From contig CAYHBB010000016.1 of the NCBI GenBank assembly GCA_964354795.1, forward strand, positions 4,084 to 68,083: a stretch of 64,000 bases of DNA, in the 5' to 3' direction. The notes under the pieces are model-generated. The model worked only from the letters and a program-made list of their open reading frames with translations. It searched no databases and was not told where the DNA came from. Below, one piece after another: positions 35,305 through 45,588 of the stretch. The position numbers were made by a program, and so were the translations under genes. This stretch comes from an uncultured Planctomycetales bacterium. Its GTDB lineage: Bacteria > Omnitrophota > Gorgyraeia > Gygaellales > Profunditerraquicolaceae. The first letter of the stretch is position 1. Every line of letters begins with the position of its first letter.

Positions 35305-36154
35305 AAAATCCCTTGTTTCCCTCCGGTTTCGCTACTTCCGGCTTTTCTTCCTTAACTTGAGTTTCCTGAGGTTCTGTGACAGGCTGCGCTTTTGCCGCCT
35401 TTACATCAACCGGGATCTTTAGTTCATTATTGCCCGCGTTCATATCCTCTTTGCACTCCACGCTAATGCTTATATTCTGCGCTCCCGGATTACGGGCCAT
35501 CCAGGAGAATACGACTACTGCCGAAGACTTTGGCAGAATAGACGTCCGCTTAAAATCCTTAAATCCGTCATCCGTATTCAAGATGACATTGGCTTCCCGG
35601 ATCTGGACATCCGCATCATTGAAGATTTCCGCCTCAATGTTTACCAGGCTACCGGAATAAAGCTCGGGAGGGATCTTGGCGGAAACGATCTTTAAATCCA
35701 CATAGGTCTCGCTGCTGACCTCAACAAACTCCACCTGCTGATTATTTAAAGGGCTGGTATCGTTTTTGGAAGCAACAGAGACGACAATCCTGTGCTTTCC
35801 TGCGCTTTTAGGAGCCCAACTAAAACTGACCCGCTCTCTTGCTTTAGGCCCAAGCGCGATTACCTGCCTGTCGGCAGAGCCGTCATCCGAAGCAAAGCCT
35901 ACCCTCACATCCTGAGCCTGAGCGTCAGAGTTATTGGCAATCTCTACTTCTATCCTTGCGAGAAGCCCGATGTAAAGATCATTAAAAAGGCGGATGCTTT
36001 CAATGGAAATATCTATTGGCAAATCCGACTGAGGTCCAGCCTGCGCCTCAACAGCGACAGGCGTTTGAGCAAAAAGCGATCCACAACTTAATAAAAAAAA
36101 GCTAATAATGATCATCGAGCCGGATTTAATAAATCTTATGCACATATTATTCAA
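35267..36154 (-). CDS. Secreted CARDB/Ig-like domain protein
   Basis: Two repeated D.SI....N...V.F.W....G...NN units. Confidence 0.7.
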   Translation of the reverse strand: MNNMCIRFIKSGSMIIISFFLLSCGSLFAQTPVAVEAQAGPQSDLPIDISIESIRLFNDLYIGLLARIEVEIANNSDAQAQDVRVGFASDDGSADRQVIALGPKARERVSFSWAPKSAGKHRIVVSVASKNDTSPLNNQQVEFVEVSSETYVDLKIVSAKIPPELYSGSLVNIEAEIFNDADVQIREANVILNTDDGFKDFKRTSILPKSSAVVVFSWMARNPGAQNISISVECKEDMNAGNNELKIPVDVKAAKAQPVTEPQETQVKEEKPEVAKPEGNKGFFKPAQKIKPAGD

Positions 36155-36896
36155 TTGCGAAACTGACCGTAACTACCGCGGTCACCCTCTTCTCAAGAGA
36201 GCTAGTGTCATTTACCCCGTAATCAGAGACTTCCGTGGAATTCATAGGAGTGATCTGAAAGACCCCCATCTTTGCGGAGCGCATAAAGCCGATCTTGTTA
36301 CCCGTAGCCTGCGCCATATTCCAAGCCCGCTGCTTGGCGTTTTCCGTGGCTTTAGCCAGCATCTCTATCTTAAGTTCATCCAGCTTGGTGTAAAAATACT
36401 CCGGAGAAAAAGAGGTAAACTCAACTCCCTGATTGATCAACTCGGTGGACTGCCGGGACAGCTGTGTCACCTTATCCACATCTTTTGAATGTATCTCGAC
36501 AGATTGGCTAAGACGGTAAGCCTCGATATCATTAGTGTCATTACCCTTGTCGTTTTTATTATAAATAGTCTCGGTGTTAATGGGAGTTGCCACAACCTCA
36601 TTCTCCGAGGCCCCTTGACTGACTAAATAACTTCTTACCTTACTTAGATCATCCTGCAAAGCCTTATAGGCCAGGCTTAAGGAAGGTTCCCTACGGGAAA
36701 ATGACCCGCTCCACACCGCGTAATCGCTCTTAATGTCTTTTTGAGCTGAGCCGGTGACTGAGATCACCTCGCGAGTGAATTTCATCACCTTCAAAAAGCC
36801 TTGAGAAAGGATCACGCTTGATACGATGGTCGCAACCGCGATACAAATCCCCAGAATTATGATCTGAGAGTTACGCAACATCTTTGAGCCTTCCAT
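36147..36896 (-). CDS. SIMPL (DUF541) domain protein
   Basis: ISVTGSA...A.ENAK.RA...GVFQIT...VTVSF. Confidence 0.85.
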   Translation of the reverse strand: MEGSKMLRNSQIIILGICIAVATIVSSVILSQGFLKVMKFTREVISVTGSAQKDIKSDYAVWSGSFSRREPSLSLAYKALQDDLSKVRSYLVSQGASENEVVATPINTETIYNKNDKGNDTNDIEAYRLSQSVEIHSKDVDKVTQLSRQSTELINQGVEFTSFSPEYFYTKLDELKIEMLAKATENAKQRAWNMAQATGNKIGFMRSAKMGVFQITPMNSTEVSDYGVNDTSSLEKRVTAVVTVSFAIE

Positions 36897-36982
36897 AAAA
36901 CCTCCTTAATTCCCATCTTTTAACTTGTCAGGAATTAACCCCACAGGGGTAGCCCTTCCTATACCTATTAAGGAAGGGGCTA

Positions 36983-37042
36983 ACCCCGCCGAATGCCTGC
37001 AAAGTTTATGAAAGAAACTTTGCGGCGTTTATGAGGCGGGGT
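36983..37042. repeat. Nested-hairpin intergenic repeat (family B), copy 1
   Basis: Covarying copy at 57882-57941. Confidence 0.65.
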
Positions 37043-37047
37043 ATTCA

Positions 37048-37476
37048 TTAATCCTTATATTTAATGATCTGGCCTTTAACAGTATAAACTTTGTAGGAAT
37101 ATCCCGGTGAGTAAGTGGGAGTAATCTCCGCCGGCCGCGTCCTCTGATCGATCCCCAGCTTCGCGGCCTCGGATTCGATCGTTGTAGTCAAATCCGAGAT
37201 GATCACCGCGTCTCCTCCCACCTTGCGCGCCCTGGCCCTAAGGATGGCCTTGGGCTCGCCCACAATACTGCCGCTAATTTGAGCGATCACATCATACGGC
37301 TTTGCCGGCATAGTCGAGAAAAATAGCTCTACGTCTGTCTTCTTAGGCTTAGAGGGATATTTGACTGTACCCACGAGAGTAATAGTCAGCTCCTTTTCCT
37401 GAGCCGCGGCCATTGAAACAAACCCTAAGATGAGAAAAACCCCTGCCAAAGCAATCAAGAAATTTAATTTTCTCAT
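37048..37476 (-). CDS. Secreted hypothetical protein (YbjQ-like)
   Basis: Signal peptide; PYDVIA...LRARARKVGGDAVI. Confidence 0.7.
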   Translation of the reverse strand: MRKLNFLIALAGVFLILGFVSMAAAQEKELTITLVGTVKYPSKPKKTDVELFFSTMPAKPYDVIAQISGSIVGEPKAILRARARKVGGDAVIISDLTTTIESEAAKLGIDQRTRPAEITPTYSPGYSYKVYTVKGQIIKYKD

Positions 37477-38201
37477 TACTCCTTCTCCTTTTCAGCAAGC
37501 AATCTATTTCGTACATCATCGCGCAGGCGGGCAAAATCCTTAGTTCCGTATGAAACGGTATCCACGGCCGGCAGCACCCGCAAAGTACAATCCGCTCTGC
37601 CCTTAAAAATCCAGCTTCCCCGCTTCATGATCTCCCGCGCCCCTCCGATATAAAGCGGCAATACCGGCACCTGCTCTTTTACCGCCAGCTTAAACGCCCC
37701 GTTTTTAAAAGGCCCCATCTCTTCGCTATTTGCTCGCGTGCCTTCCGGAAAAAACAACACAGATACGCCGTCCCTAAGCCAGAGCGCAGCCTGGTCATAG
37801 ACATCCTTTATGCTGCCGAACTCACCCCTGGCAAGCCTCATGTATTTCATCAGCATCATGGTCCAGCCGAATATTGGGATCCTGTAAAGCGCGTCTTTTG
37901 CCACCCACTTAAACTGCATACGCGTTTTATAGACGATCACGATATCCGCCATACTCTGATGGTTGGCCACCAATACGTAAACCTTATTTCTATCGATATT
38001 CTCAAGGCCCTCGATCTTTAAGCTCCAAAAAGGATTTATCACCGCCAGGCAATCCGACCACCAGAACCCGCATGTATGGGCCAGCTTACGCTTGCGGTCA
38101 AAAGGGTACAATACCGTGGCGCAGAAAAGCGCGCCCAAAAATACCCCCAGTGTAAATATCCCGGCCATGATCCAGAAAAATATAGAGATCAATACTCTCA
38201 T
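37476..38201 (-). CDS. plsC: 1-acyl-sn-glycerol-3-phosphate acyltransferase
   Basis: NHQSMAD, FFPEGTR. Confidence 0.9.
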   Translation of the reverse strand: MRVLISIFFWIMAGIFTLGVFLGALFCATVLYPFDRKRKLAHTCGFWWSDCLAVINPFWSLKIEGLENIDRNKVYVLVANHQSMADIVIVYKTRMQFKWVAKDALYRIPIFGWTMMLMKYMRLARGEFGSIKDVYDQAALWLRDGVSVLFFPEGTRANSEEMGPFKNGAFKLAVKEQVPVLPLYIGGAREIMKRGSWIFKGRADCTLRVLPAVDTVSYGTKDFARLRDDVRNRLLAEKEKE

Positions 38202-38231
38202 GCCGCCCCTTTAACGCATTACGCTTTCCTC

Positions 38232-38405
38232 GTAACGCCCCGCCATATAGGAATGGCGGGCGTTACACCTTCTGCTACACCCAACCTTATAGGAAAGGTT
38301 GGCTGCACAGAAAGTGCGCGCTCGCCCATCCTTTTGGGCGAGGCGTGTGCCGCTTTCTGCTACACCCAACCTTATAGGAAAAGTTGGTGTGCCGCTTTCT
38401 GCGGC
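38232..38405. repeat. Cluster of REP/BIME-like hairpins (family A)
   Basis: ACACCCAACCTTATAGGAAA(G/A)GTTGG twice, plus related hairpins; homologues at 38711, 41963, 51275 and 60187. Confidence 0.75.
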
Positions 38406-38448
38406 AAAAAAACGGTCCCGGCACTTTCTTTAAAAAAGCGCCGAGACC
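38406..38448 (-). terminator. Rho-independent terminator after the csp gene
   Basis: GGTCTCGGCGCTTT...AAAGTGCCGGGACC followed by a T run on the - strand. Confidence 0.75.
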
Positions 38449-38464
38449 ATTGTTTGTTTTTAGG

Positions 38465-38665
38465 TTATAGCTTCACTACGTTAGTAGCCTGCTCGCCCTT
38501 GGGCCCTTTTTCGATATCAAACTCCACTTCCTGCCCCTCATCCAGAGTCTTGTAACCCTCGCCCTGAATCGCGGTGTGATGAACGAATACGTCGCTGCCT
38601 GATTCCGGAGTGATGAAACCGTACCCCTTCTGATTGCTGAACCACTTCACTTTACCTTTTGCCAT
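38465..38665 (-). CDS. cspA: Cold-shock protein
   Basis: [21 protein letters not shown]. Confidence 0.95.
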   Translation of the reverse strand: MAKGKVKWFSNQKGYGFITPESGSDVFVHHTAIQGEGYKTLDEGQEVEFDIEKGPKGEQATNVVKL

Positions 38666-38878
38666 TTCTTTACTACCTCCTTCCACTTGAAATTAGCGGA
38701 TTTCAGGACTACACCTGGCCTTATAGGCCAGGCCAGTGTGGTGTCTCTACACCAAAAACAATTGCGCCGAAAGGTTAGTTATCCACACCTTCCGGCTGCT
38801 GACTTCTAATCCCTTATCCACTGCGCTGTTACTGTAACACATTCCGCTTTTCCTGTCAATTTCAAATACCGATAATTC

Positions 38879-40918
38879 TTAAGGTAATTTCCAAATCAAC
38901 TGCTTGTATTCATCAAGCATCCGGTAGGTGTTGAAATGCGCGCTTGCCACGATGCAGCTGATCATGTAATCTATCCATGGTGAAGTAAGATCGACTTCAT
39001 TCTTACTACCATGCACAGTTTTATAATAAAGACCGACCAGCTCCTCAAGGGCCTGATACAACGCAACGGAATCCTCCTGCATGTGCAAATCCATTTCGTT
39101 TCCGATCTTACCCTCGCCGTTTTTATAACCGAAGATCATGCCTATGCCCTTATCCGCCGCCTCCACCACCCAACCGTCGAGAGTGGACAGCTGCACCACG
39201 CCGTTTAAAAGCGCCTTCATCCCACTGGTGCCGGAAGCCTCAAAAGGCGGCAAAGGATTGTTCAGCCAGACATCCACACCGCTGGTCAGAGCCTTTCCAA
39301 AATACATATCGTAATTCTCCAGGATCACAATCTTTAAATAATCATAGGCATTAGACAGCCCGTCCACCTTATCCATCATCTCATTGACAAAGGTTGACCC
39401 CAGGTTGTCGTTAGGATGAGCCTTGCCGGCGAGGATCAGCTGTATAGGACCGGTAATTTTAGCGATCCCTATCAGCCTTTGCACATCATAGAGCACAAGG
39501 CTCGGCCGCTTGTAGGCAGCGATCCTGCGCGCCCAGCAAACGGTAAAGGCGTCTTTTTTAAGGGACCATTTCTCAAGCAGGCCGCAAAGCCCGGACTTGC
39601 TTTCCTGATGCGCCTGCCAAACAGCCTTGCGAAAACCCTCATCGCTCCTTAACTCCTCAGCTTTGGCCAGGATCATGGGATTATCTTCGAAATTTTTGAA
39701 AACCGCAGGAAAGCTCTTATACACCTGCATGAAAGGCTCAGAGATCCAGGTATAAGGATGCACTCCGTTAGTCACATATTGAATCTGCTCTTTATATTTA
39801 GGAAATTGCAGGTGCATCACCATCTGATGGTTCTTGGAGACCGCATTTATGGCGCTGCTTGAGTTCATGGCTAAAAGCGTAAGGTTCACTACGCCTGCCC
39901 GGTCTTTACCCAAACGCTGAGCCAACAAAAAATCGCTCTCGGGGAGGATATTGCGCAATTCCTCCGATGGAAAACGGTCGTGCCCTGCCTCTACCGGCGT
40001 ATGGCAAGTATAGACAAAATGCTTTTTCAGATTTTCGACCTCCGCCTCAGACATACCGCGGGATTTCTCAATAAAAGCGAACGCCGCATGCCCTTCGTTC
40101 AAATGGAACGTGTCAATATCATGCCCTAGCTCTTTAATAGCCGCGATACCGCCATAGCCCAAGATTATTCTCTGCATAGCTTTAAGCCAATTGTTATCGC
40201 TACGATAAAGCTGATCGGTAAGTCTGCGAACATCCTCTCTGTTTGGCTCCACATCGGCATCCAAAAGGATCAATGGTATAACGTAATCGTGCTTATAGCT
40301 ATAGACGTAATATTTCCATAATCTTAAAAATATTGTCTCCTGCTTAAGAGAAATCTTTATGATGTTCTTAAGCGGGATCAGCCCGGGGTAGCTTTTGGGG
40401 TCCCACTTCATCTTCTCCGGCACCTGGCCATGCTTGAACCAGAACCGCTGGCGAAAATACCCCGAACGCCAGAGTATCCCCACTGCCAATGCCGGCAGCT
40501 TGTAATCAGCCATGGTCTTAACCGTATCTCCGGCTAAAACCCCCAAACCTCCGCTATATATAGGTAAATCAATAAGGCTATCCACCTTGACGTCAAAGAA
40601 ATAATCCGCCAGGCGGTAGTTGGAAAACACAGTGTTTTCGGGGATCTTATTGTCGGGGTTCAGCGGACGCACAGAAGTAAAAGTGTTGTAAAAGCTCGGG
40701 GCCAACCCGTACTCCATGGAAAAATAACCTAGGCGCCGGGCTGCCTGGTCTTTAAGCTTATTCTCCGCGCGGATGATGGAAGCGATGGGCATGCCGAAAT
40801 AATTATCGGCGGTGATATCCTGGGCGTAATTCTCCCCAAACCCCTCCACCTGATTCAAAGCGAGGAATTCAGCCAGGTAATCAATATTCTGCGTCTGTTT
40901 ATCCACTGTTGATTCCAT
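38879..40918 (-). CDS. glgP: Alpha-glucan (glycogen) phosphorylase
   Basis: YFSMEYG, SGGLGVLAGD, HLNEGH, EASGTSGMKA. Confidence 0.92.
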   Translation of the reverse strand: MESTVDKQTQNIDYLAEFLALNQVEGFGENYAQDITADNYFGMPIASIIRAENKLKDQAARRLGYFSMEYGLAPSFYNTFTSVRPLNPDNKIPENTVFSNYRLADYFFDVKVDSLIDLPIYSGGLGVLAGDTVKTMADYKLPALAVGILWRSGYFRQRFWFKHGQVPEKMKWDPKSYPGLIPLKNIIKISLKQETIFLRLWKYYVYSYKHDYVIPLILLDADVEPNREDVRRLTDQLYRSDNNWLKAMQRIILGYGGIAAIKELGHDIDTFHLNEGHAAFAFIEKSRGMSEAEVENLKKHFVYTCHTPVEAGHDRFPSEELRNILPESDFLLAQRLGKDRAGVVNLTLLAMNSSSAINAVSKNHQMVMHLQFPKYKEQIQYVTNGVHPYTWISEPFMQVYKSFPAVFKNFEDNPMILAKAEELRSDEGFRKAVWQAHQESKSGLCGLLEKWSLKKDAFTVCWARRIAAYKRPSLVLYDVQRLIGIAKITGPIQLILAGKAHPNDNLGSTFVNEMMDKVDGLSNAYDYLKIVILENYDMYFGKALTSGVDVWLNNPLPPFEASGTSGMKALLNGVVQLSTLDGWVVEAADKGIGMIFGYKNGEGKIGNEMDLHMQEDSVALYQALEELVGLYYKTVHGSKNEVDLTSPWIDYMISCIVASAHFNTYRMLDEYKQLIWKLP

Positions 40919-40961
40919 AATTGTTATATTCTACAACGATAAAGCGGATTTAGCAACCGAT

Positions 40962-41126
40962 CTATCTATCTTTTTTATCGGTCCTACGCAAAGCCTTGAC
41001 CATACGCTCATAGGCCTCATGCTCGGTCTTGCCCTCAGTCAAATGGTCGCAGCAAACCGCGGCGTACCCTACGCGGTTTTTGATCTTGAATATATCTACT
41101 TTCAGGTGGCCAATCTTAGTCTCCAT
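40962..41126 (-). CDS. Small protein, 54 aa, HicB-N-like (not in ORF track)
   Basis: METKIGHLKVDIFKIKNRVGYAAVCCDHLTEGKTEHEAYERMVKALRRTDKKDR*; AGGAG RBS. Confidence 0.65.
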   Translation of the reverse strand: METKIGHLKVDIFKIKNRVGYAAVCCDHLTEGKTEHEAYERMVKALRRTDKKDR

Positions 41127-41154
41127 AAAGCACTCCTTGATTCTCCGGCCTGCG

Positions 41155-41937
41155 TTATTTTACCGCCAGTATCTTGAATACCTCCGGAGGATTGATCCTC
41201 ACATCCCCGGTAAAAGGATAATCCAGCGAGAAGATGGTAAACATGCTCAAAGAGATAATTATCGCAAGCAGCACCGACATAGCCGCCTGGGTCCTTAAGC
41301 TTTCCGCTCCGAAAAAGAAAGTGAAGGCTATGGTGACTATCCCGCCGACGGTCAGCACCATCAACAGGATGGGATGTATACCGTTATGCGCATCGACGAT
41401 ACGCATCACCCTCAGCTCTCCGAATTCATTAAGTTTACGCACTGACTCCTCGAAAAAAGCCTGTTCCGTAGCATTACGCGGCAGGTATCCTGAGTAAAGA
41501 GTCCACATCTTATTCACTATCTCTCCCACCTTCGGGCTCATTTCTCCTTTAGCAAGTATGTCCCACTCTTCACTGACCACTACCTTGCTATATTCCCTGA
41601 ATAACCCCTGCGCCTTGCCTTTAAACTCCGGGGTAAAAGCCTCGGAGTCTCTCCACAGATCCACCAGGCAATTAGCTTCCTTTTGCGCATTCATATCAGA
41701 CTTATCAAACCTCTCCCAAACTACAATCACCACAAACGCCAGAAGCACGGCGTACACCACGCCCAGGGTGCTGAAAATCGGTCCGGAGACGTCATTATGC
41801 GCCTTTAATTTGTGATGCGGCACGAAGCGGCGCACCACCAAGAGGCCAAGAATCGTCAAAATAACCGAACCGCACACCATCATCAAGCACAAAACAACCG
41901 ACGGAACGCTCAATAATATCTGCTGAGTAAAAGACAT
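41155..41937 (-). CDS. DUF4239/bestrophin-like membrane protein
   Basis: GVVYAVLLAFVV...W...EA, LDYPFTG. Confidence 0.8.
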   Translation of the reverse strand: MSFTQQILLSVPSVVLCLMMVCGSVILTILGLLVVRRFVPHHKLKAHNDVSGPIFSTLGVVYAVLLAFVVIVVWERFDKSDMNAQKEANCLVDLWRDSEAFTPEFKGKAQGLFREYSKVVVSEEWDILAKGEMSPKVGEIVNKMWTLYSGYLPRNATEQAFFEESVRKLNEFGELRVMRIVDAHNGIHPILLMVLTVGGIVTIAFTFFFGAESLRTQAAMSVLLAIIISLSMFTIFSLDYPFTGDVRINPPEVFKILAVK

Positions 41938-41962
41938 ATATCCTCCTTGCGCAGTAAGCGCA

Positions 41963-42033
41963 ACACCAACTTTTCCTATAAAGTTGGGTGTAGCGGAAAG
42001 CGACACACTGGCCTATCCTTTAAGGCCGGGTGT
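41963..42033. repeat. Family A hairpin cluster
   Basis: 41963-41992 is the reverse complement of 38361-38390 with 1 mismatch. Confidence 0.75.
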
Positions 42034-42039
42034 ATAACC

Positions 42040-43632
42040 TTATACCGCTTTTATGATCATTATGGTTATATCGTCAAACTGGGGCTGCTTACCGACAAAC
42101 TTCTTAAGATCATCCTCAATTCTATGCATCAGCTGATCAGCCGATAAATGGCGGTTATCCTTGACTATTTCCCCAAGTCTATCGACATTAAATTGTTCTC
42201 TTTTATCGTTAATCGCCTCAGTCACTCCGTCAGTGTAAAGTATCACCAGATCTCCCGGCTTAAGAGTGAGCTCTTCCGTTGTCGCCTCAATATCCTGGGT
42301 TATGCCCAAAGGCATAGTCTGGGCCTTTAGCAGCACTATATCATTGCTGGCTGCAGAGACCAGAAGCGGCGGATTATGCCCGGCGTTGGCATATTTAAAA
42401 GTTTTAGTCTCAGCGTCAAGTACAGCATAAAAAAGCGTGACGAACATGTTCGCCTTTGAGTCCTGGCAGATAAGGTTATTGGCGTGATTAATAGCCTTAT
42501 CCGGAGAGGTGGTCACGGTTGCGCTTGCGCGCATCAAAGCCCGGGAAAGCGCCATAAAGAGTGCTGAAGGAATGCCTTTGCCCGAGACATCGGCTATGGC
42601 CAGGCCCCAGGTATTTTTATCTATAGGTATGAAATCGTAGAAATCCCCGCCCACCATGCGCGCCGGCAGGGTCATCGCCGCGATATCGATACCGGCCATC
42701 TTAGGATATGAGTCAGGAAGGAAACTCCGCTGGATCTCCTGGGCGATCTCGATCTCGCGCACCAGACGCTCTTTTTCCGCGGTTGTACGCTTAAGCTCCT
42801 CGATATGCAGCTTTAAATCCTCGGACATCGAATTAAAAACGCAAGCAAGCTGGGCCAACTCATCTGCCCCTTTTACAACCACCTTGCAGTCAAGGTCTCC
42901 CTTTCCGAAATGCTGGACCCCCTTCATTAATTCCCTCACCTGCCGGGTTACCCCTCCGGAGATAAAGAACCCGAGCAGTATAGCCGCCAGTATCTTGATC
43001 AGAAAAAAAAGCCGCATCCTTTGGCGCACTACCGTCTGCACACCGCGCACATCCTCGGCCGTCATATCCACTCCCAGCACGGCGACAACAGCGCCGTCGC
43101 GGCTGCGGACAGGAGCGTAGCCGGAAAGAAACACGCCCCACTGATCCGCCCCCATTTCCTTATCCGCGGAAGCTTTCTCAAAGCCCTCTAGCATTTCCGG
43201 GAAACGCGTTGCGTCATACTCATCCCCGGGATACGCAATCGCGGTTTCGCTCTGTTTTTCTTCAGTGCTGTCATTTACCACAAACTGCAGGATCCCAGGC
43301 TTAGCGGTTTTTGCAAGAATGTAAATGTATCTTATACCAGGGACCTTGTGTTTTATTTCCAAAAGCTTTCCGACGACATCCTTATATACCGGGGCTTGTG
43401 CCCCTTCTTTATTAAGAGGTATGCTTTGCAGGCTTGAGCCGTCGATAGAAACAGCCGCGGTCTGGGCGATGCTCTCAAGCTTTGAGCGCAGCTGCTCGAA
43501 CTGCGAGCGAAGCGCGTAATTAGTCACCAGGATGTTCGTTGCGGTGCCGGCTGCCACCATTGTCAGCACGAAAAAAAACATTATCTTAAACCGCAAGCTC
43601 CTGAATAAAAAGAACGGCTTCTTCACTTTCAC
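42040..43632 (-). CDS. Membrane sensor-HAMP-SpoIIE (PP2C/RsbU-like) phosphatase
   Basis: 2 TM, HAMP, VGGDFYD, ADVSGKG, NAGH, YTDGVTE, DDIT. Confidence 0.92.
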   Translation of the reverse strand: MKVKKPFFLFRSLRFKIMFFFVLTMVAAGTATNILVTNYALRSQFEQLRSKLESIAQTAAVSIDGSSLQSIPLNKEGAQAPVYKDVVGKLLEIKHKVPGIRYIYILAKTAKPGILQFVVNDSTEEKQSETAIAYPGDEYDATRFPEMLEGFEKASADKEMGADQWGVFLSGYAPVRSRDGAVVAVLGVDMTAEDVRGVQTVVRQRMRLFFLIKILAAILLGFFISGGVTRQVRELMKGVQHFGKGDLDCKVVVKGADELAQLACVFNSMSEDLKLHIEELKRTTAEKERLVREIEIAQEIQRSFLPDSYPKMAGIDIAAMTLPARMVGGDFYDFIPIDKNTWGLAIADVSGKGIPSALFMALSRALMRASATVTTSPDKAINHANNLICQDSKANMFVTLFYAVLDAETKTFKYANAGHNPPLLVSAASNDIVLLKAQTMPLGITQDIEATTEELTLKPGDLVILYTDGVTEAINDKREQFNVDRLGEIVKDNRHLSADQLMHRIEDDLKKFVGKQPQFDDITIMIIKAV

Positions 43633-44180
43633 CGGCCGGCCCCCTTATCCGTTTCCGAAACAAAAAGTACGACGATCGTAAAACGCCCCTCCAAAGCCTG
43701 ATTTCCCGGGCGCAGGCTCAATTGGAACTTTTTTATCTTCAAAAGAGTTAGGCTGTTTTCCAGCTTGTAGATAAAAGCGAAAAACCCTTTTACTTCTCCC
43801 TCAGCCCTTAATTCGATAAGCGCTTCTTTGTGCTGACCGCTCGACTTCACCTGCGGGTCCGGACGTATATCGATTATGCGGATATTGGATTGTTGCGCCA
43901 GGAGCTCTATCGCGGAAAGCCCGGATAATAACGGATCATCCTGATCGGAAGTATTACCGGAAGAGCCACCTGCCGCGTATTTAGCCATTAGAAAATCTTT
44001 CTGAGAAAGAAGCCAGGAGTATTTTACCAGCTTCATTCGGGTAAGAGCGATTTCCTTGTTAAGCCGGCTGATCCTGGCGAACAATGGCACGAGCAGAAAA
44101 TTAAAGGTCAGGGCGAAAACGATCAGTCCTGCGGTAAGATAAAAAATAGTTTTTTCCCTGCCCGTAAAGATTTTAAGCAT
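43629..44180 (-). CDS. GspM/PilO-like protein
   Basis: LxxREK plus TM; F.F.Y.LE ferredoxin-like pattern; operon position. Confidence 0.7.
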   Translation of the reverse strand: MLKIFTGREKTIFYLTAGLIVFALTFNFLLVPLFARISRLNKEIALTRMKLVKYSWLLSQKDFLMAKYAAGGSSGNTSDQDDPLLSGLSAIELLAQQSNIRIIDIRPDPQVKSSGQHKEALIELRAEGEVKGFFAFIYKLENSLTLLKIKKFQLSLRPGNQALEGRFTIVVLFVSETDKGAGR

Positions 44181-45563
44181 TTATTTCCTCGAAGCCATTA
44201 TTTCAAAACTTATGGACTCGCCAGCGCTGGTATTTTTCTTGGTGGCATAGCGCACCTTGAAGCTGAATTTTCTGAATACGCTTGAGCCTTCCAACTGCGA
44301 GACCAGCGAAAGCACGGAATTAAGCTGCTGGGCCTGGCCTCGTAAAGTCAACTCTCTTCCCGCTTCATAAATAAAATCAGTCAAAAGTACCTGTGGCGGG
44401 ATGATACGGTAGACTTCGGAGAACCCCTCGGGATTTCCCGGCTTTTCCGCAGAAGTTCCCGCGGCGATAGAAAGCCTCTTCTCAATATCTTTAAGCGGTT
44501 TTACCTCAACAGAAATACTGTCCAACCGGGCTTTAAGCTTAAACAGATAGCGCTCCTTATTATCTAGGCTCTTGAGTACTCCCAGGCCAAAAATAATCAC
44601 GGCGGCAGATACCATAATCGCGAATCTGGAGTATTCCAGGCGCTTCAATCCCCTCTTGCTTTGCTCTTTCAGCCCCTTCGGCATCAGGTTCAGGGAATAC
44701 GCCACATCCTCTAACCCTAAGCCGATCAATGCCGCAAATGACACATCGGCATCCGATTTCTTGCAAGCAATGACCTGTGCCTTAAATCCCGCATATCCAT
44801 CCAGCGCTTGAGCGAAATCCCGGGCTGATATCTCCTGGCCGGTGACGAATATATTTTCCGGAGCCTTAAATCCGGTTTCCTTAGCGTAAGCATCCCGGCT
44901 CTTTGCCACCTCATCAATGAATACACTATGCGAATCCACGCCGGCATTTACCTTAAAATACCGGCTAAAAAGTAATTTGCCCTGCGCCACGATCACCAGT
45001 TCCATGTGCGAAGCGTCAATATCCACGATTATTGAAGGAGTTTTTAACTGCGGCTGCGACCAACTAAGAAATTTCGCCAAGCCGTAAGAAGTCAATGCGA
45101 CGCAAGCCTGCGGGATAAACGCGTCCTTTGAGATATTGATATAGCGACTGATCACATCCCTGTGCGCGATCACCAGCGTTATAGCGGAGTATCCGTCTTT
45201 ATCAGTAGAAACCACCTCGTAGCCGGTGACTAGCTCTTCCTGCGGATAAGGAAGATAGCGCGAGGCCTGTAAAGATACGATGCTCTCTAATTCCTGAGCG
45301 GAGTGTGCGGGAACGGAAAGGTACCTGCAAGTGACTTTGCTGCGGGGTATAGCCACAACCACCGGATGGTTGTGGTATCCCAGCGAGACAAGTTGCTGCC
45401 GGAGCCTTGCGGCTATCTCCTTGTCATCGGCCTGCGGCGAGAGTTCCTGCGCCAGAAAGTCAGTGCTTTCGCGCTTCGATTTGCCGACAGACTGAAACTT
45501 GACCACCTTAAGATACGTTTCGGTGATCTGACAGATAAAGACTGTATTCATACGATTCATCAT
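44181..45563 (-). CDS. GspL/PilM-PilN-like protein
   Basis: Actin-like N-domain, LNLMP motif, TM, PilN-like C-terminus; start approximate. Confidence 0.7.
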   Translation of the reverse strand: MMNRMNTVFICQITETYLKVVKFQSVGKSKRESTDFLAQELSPQADDKEIAARLRQQLVSLGYHNHPVVVAIPRSKVTCRYLSVPAHSAQELESIVSLQASRYLPYPQEELVTGYEVVSTDKDGYSAITLVIAHRDVISRYINISKDAFIPQACVALTSYGLAKFLSWSQPQLKTPSIIVDIDASHMELVIVAQGKLLFSRYFKVNAGVDSHSVFIDEVAKSRDAYAKETGFKAPENIFVTGQEISARDFAQALDGYAGFKAQVIACKKSDADVSFAALIGLGLEDVAYSLNLMPKGLKEQSKRGLKRLEYSRFAIMVSAAVIIFGLGVLKSLDNKERYLFKLKARLDSISVEVKPLKDIEKRLSIAAGTSAEKPGNPEGFSEVYRIIPPQVLLTDFIYEAGRELTLRGQAQQLNSVLSLVSQLEGSSVFRKFSFKVRYATKKNTSAGESISFEIMASRK

Positions 45564-45588
45564 ACTATAGCCACCATGATTTTCAAGC

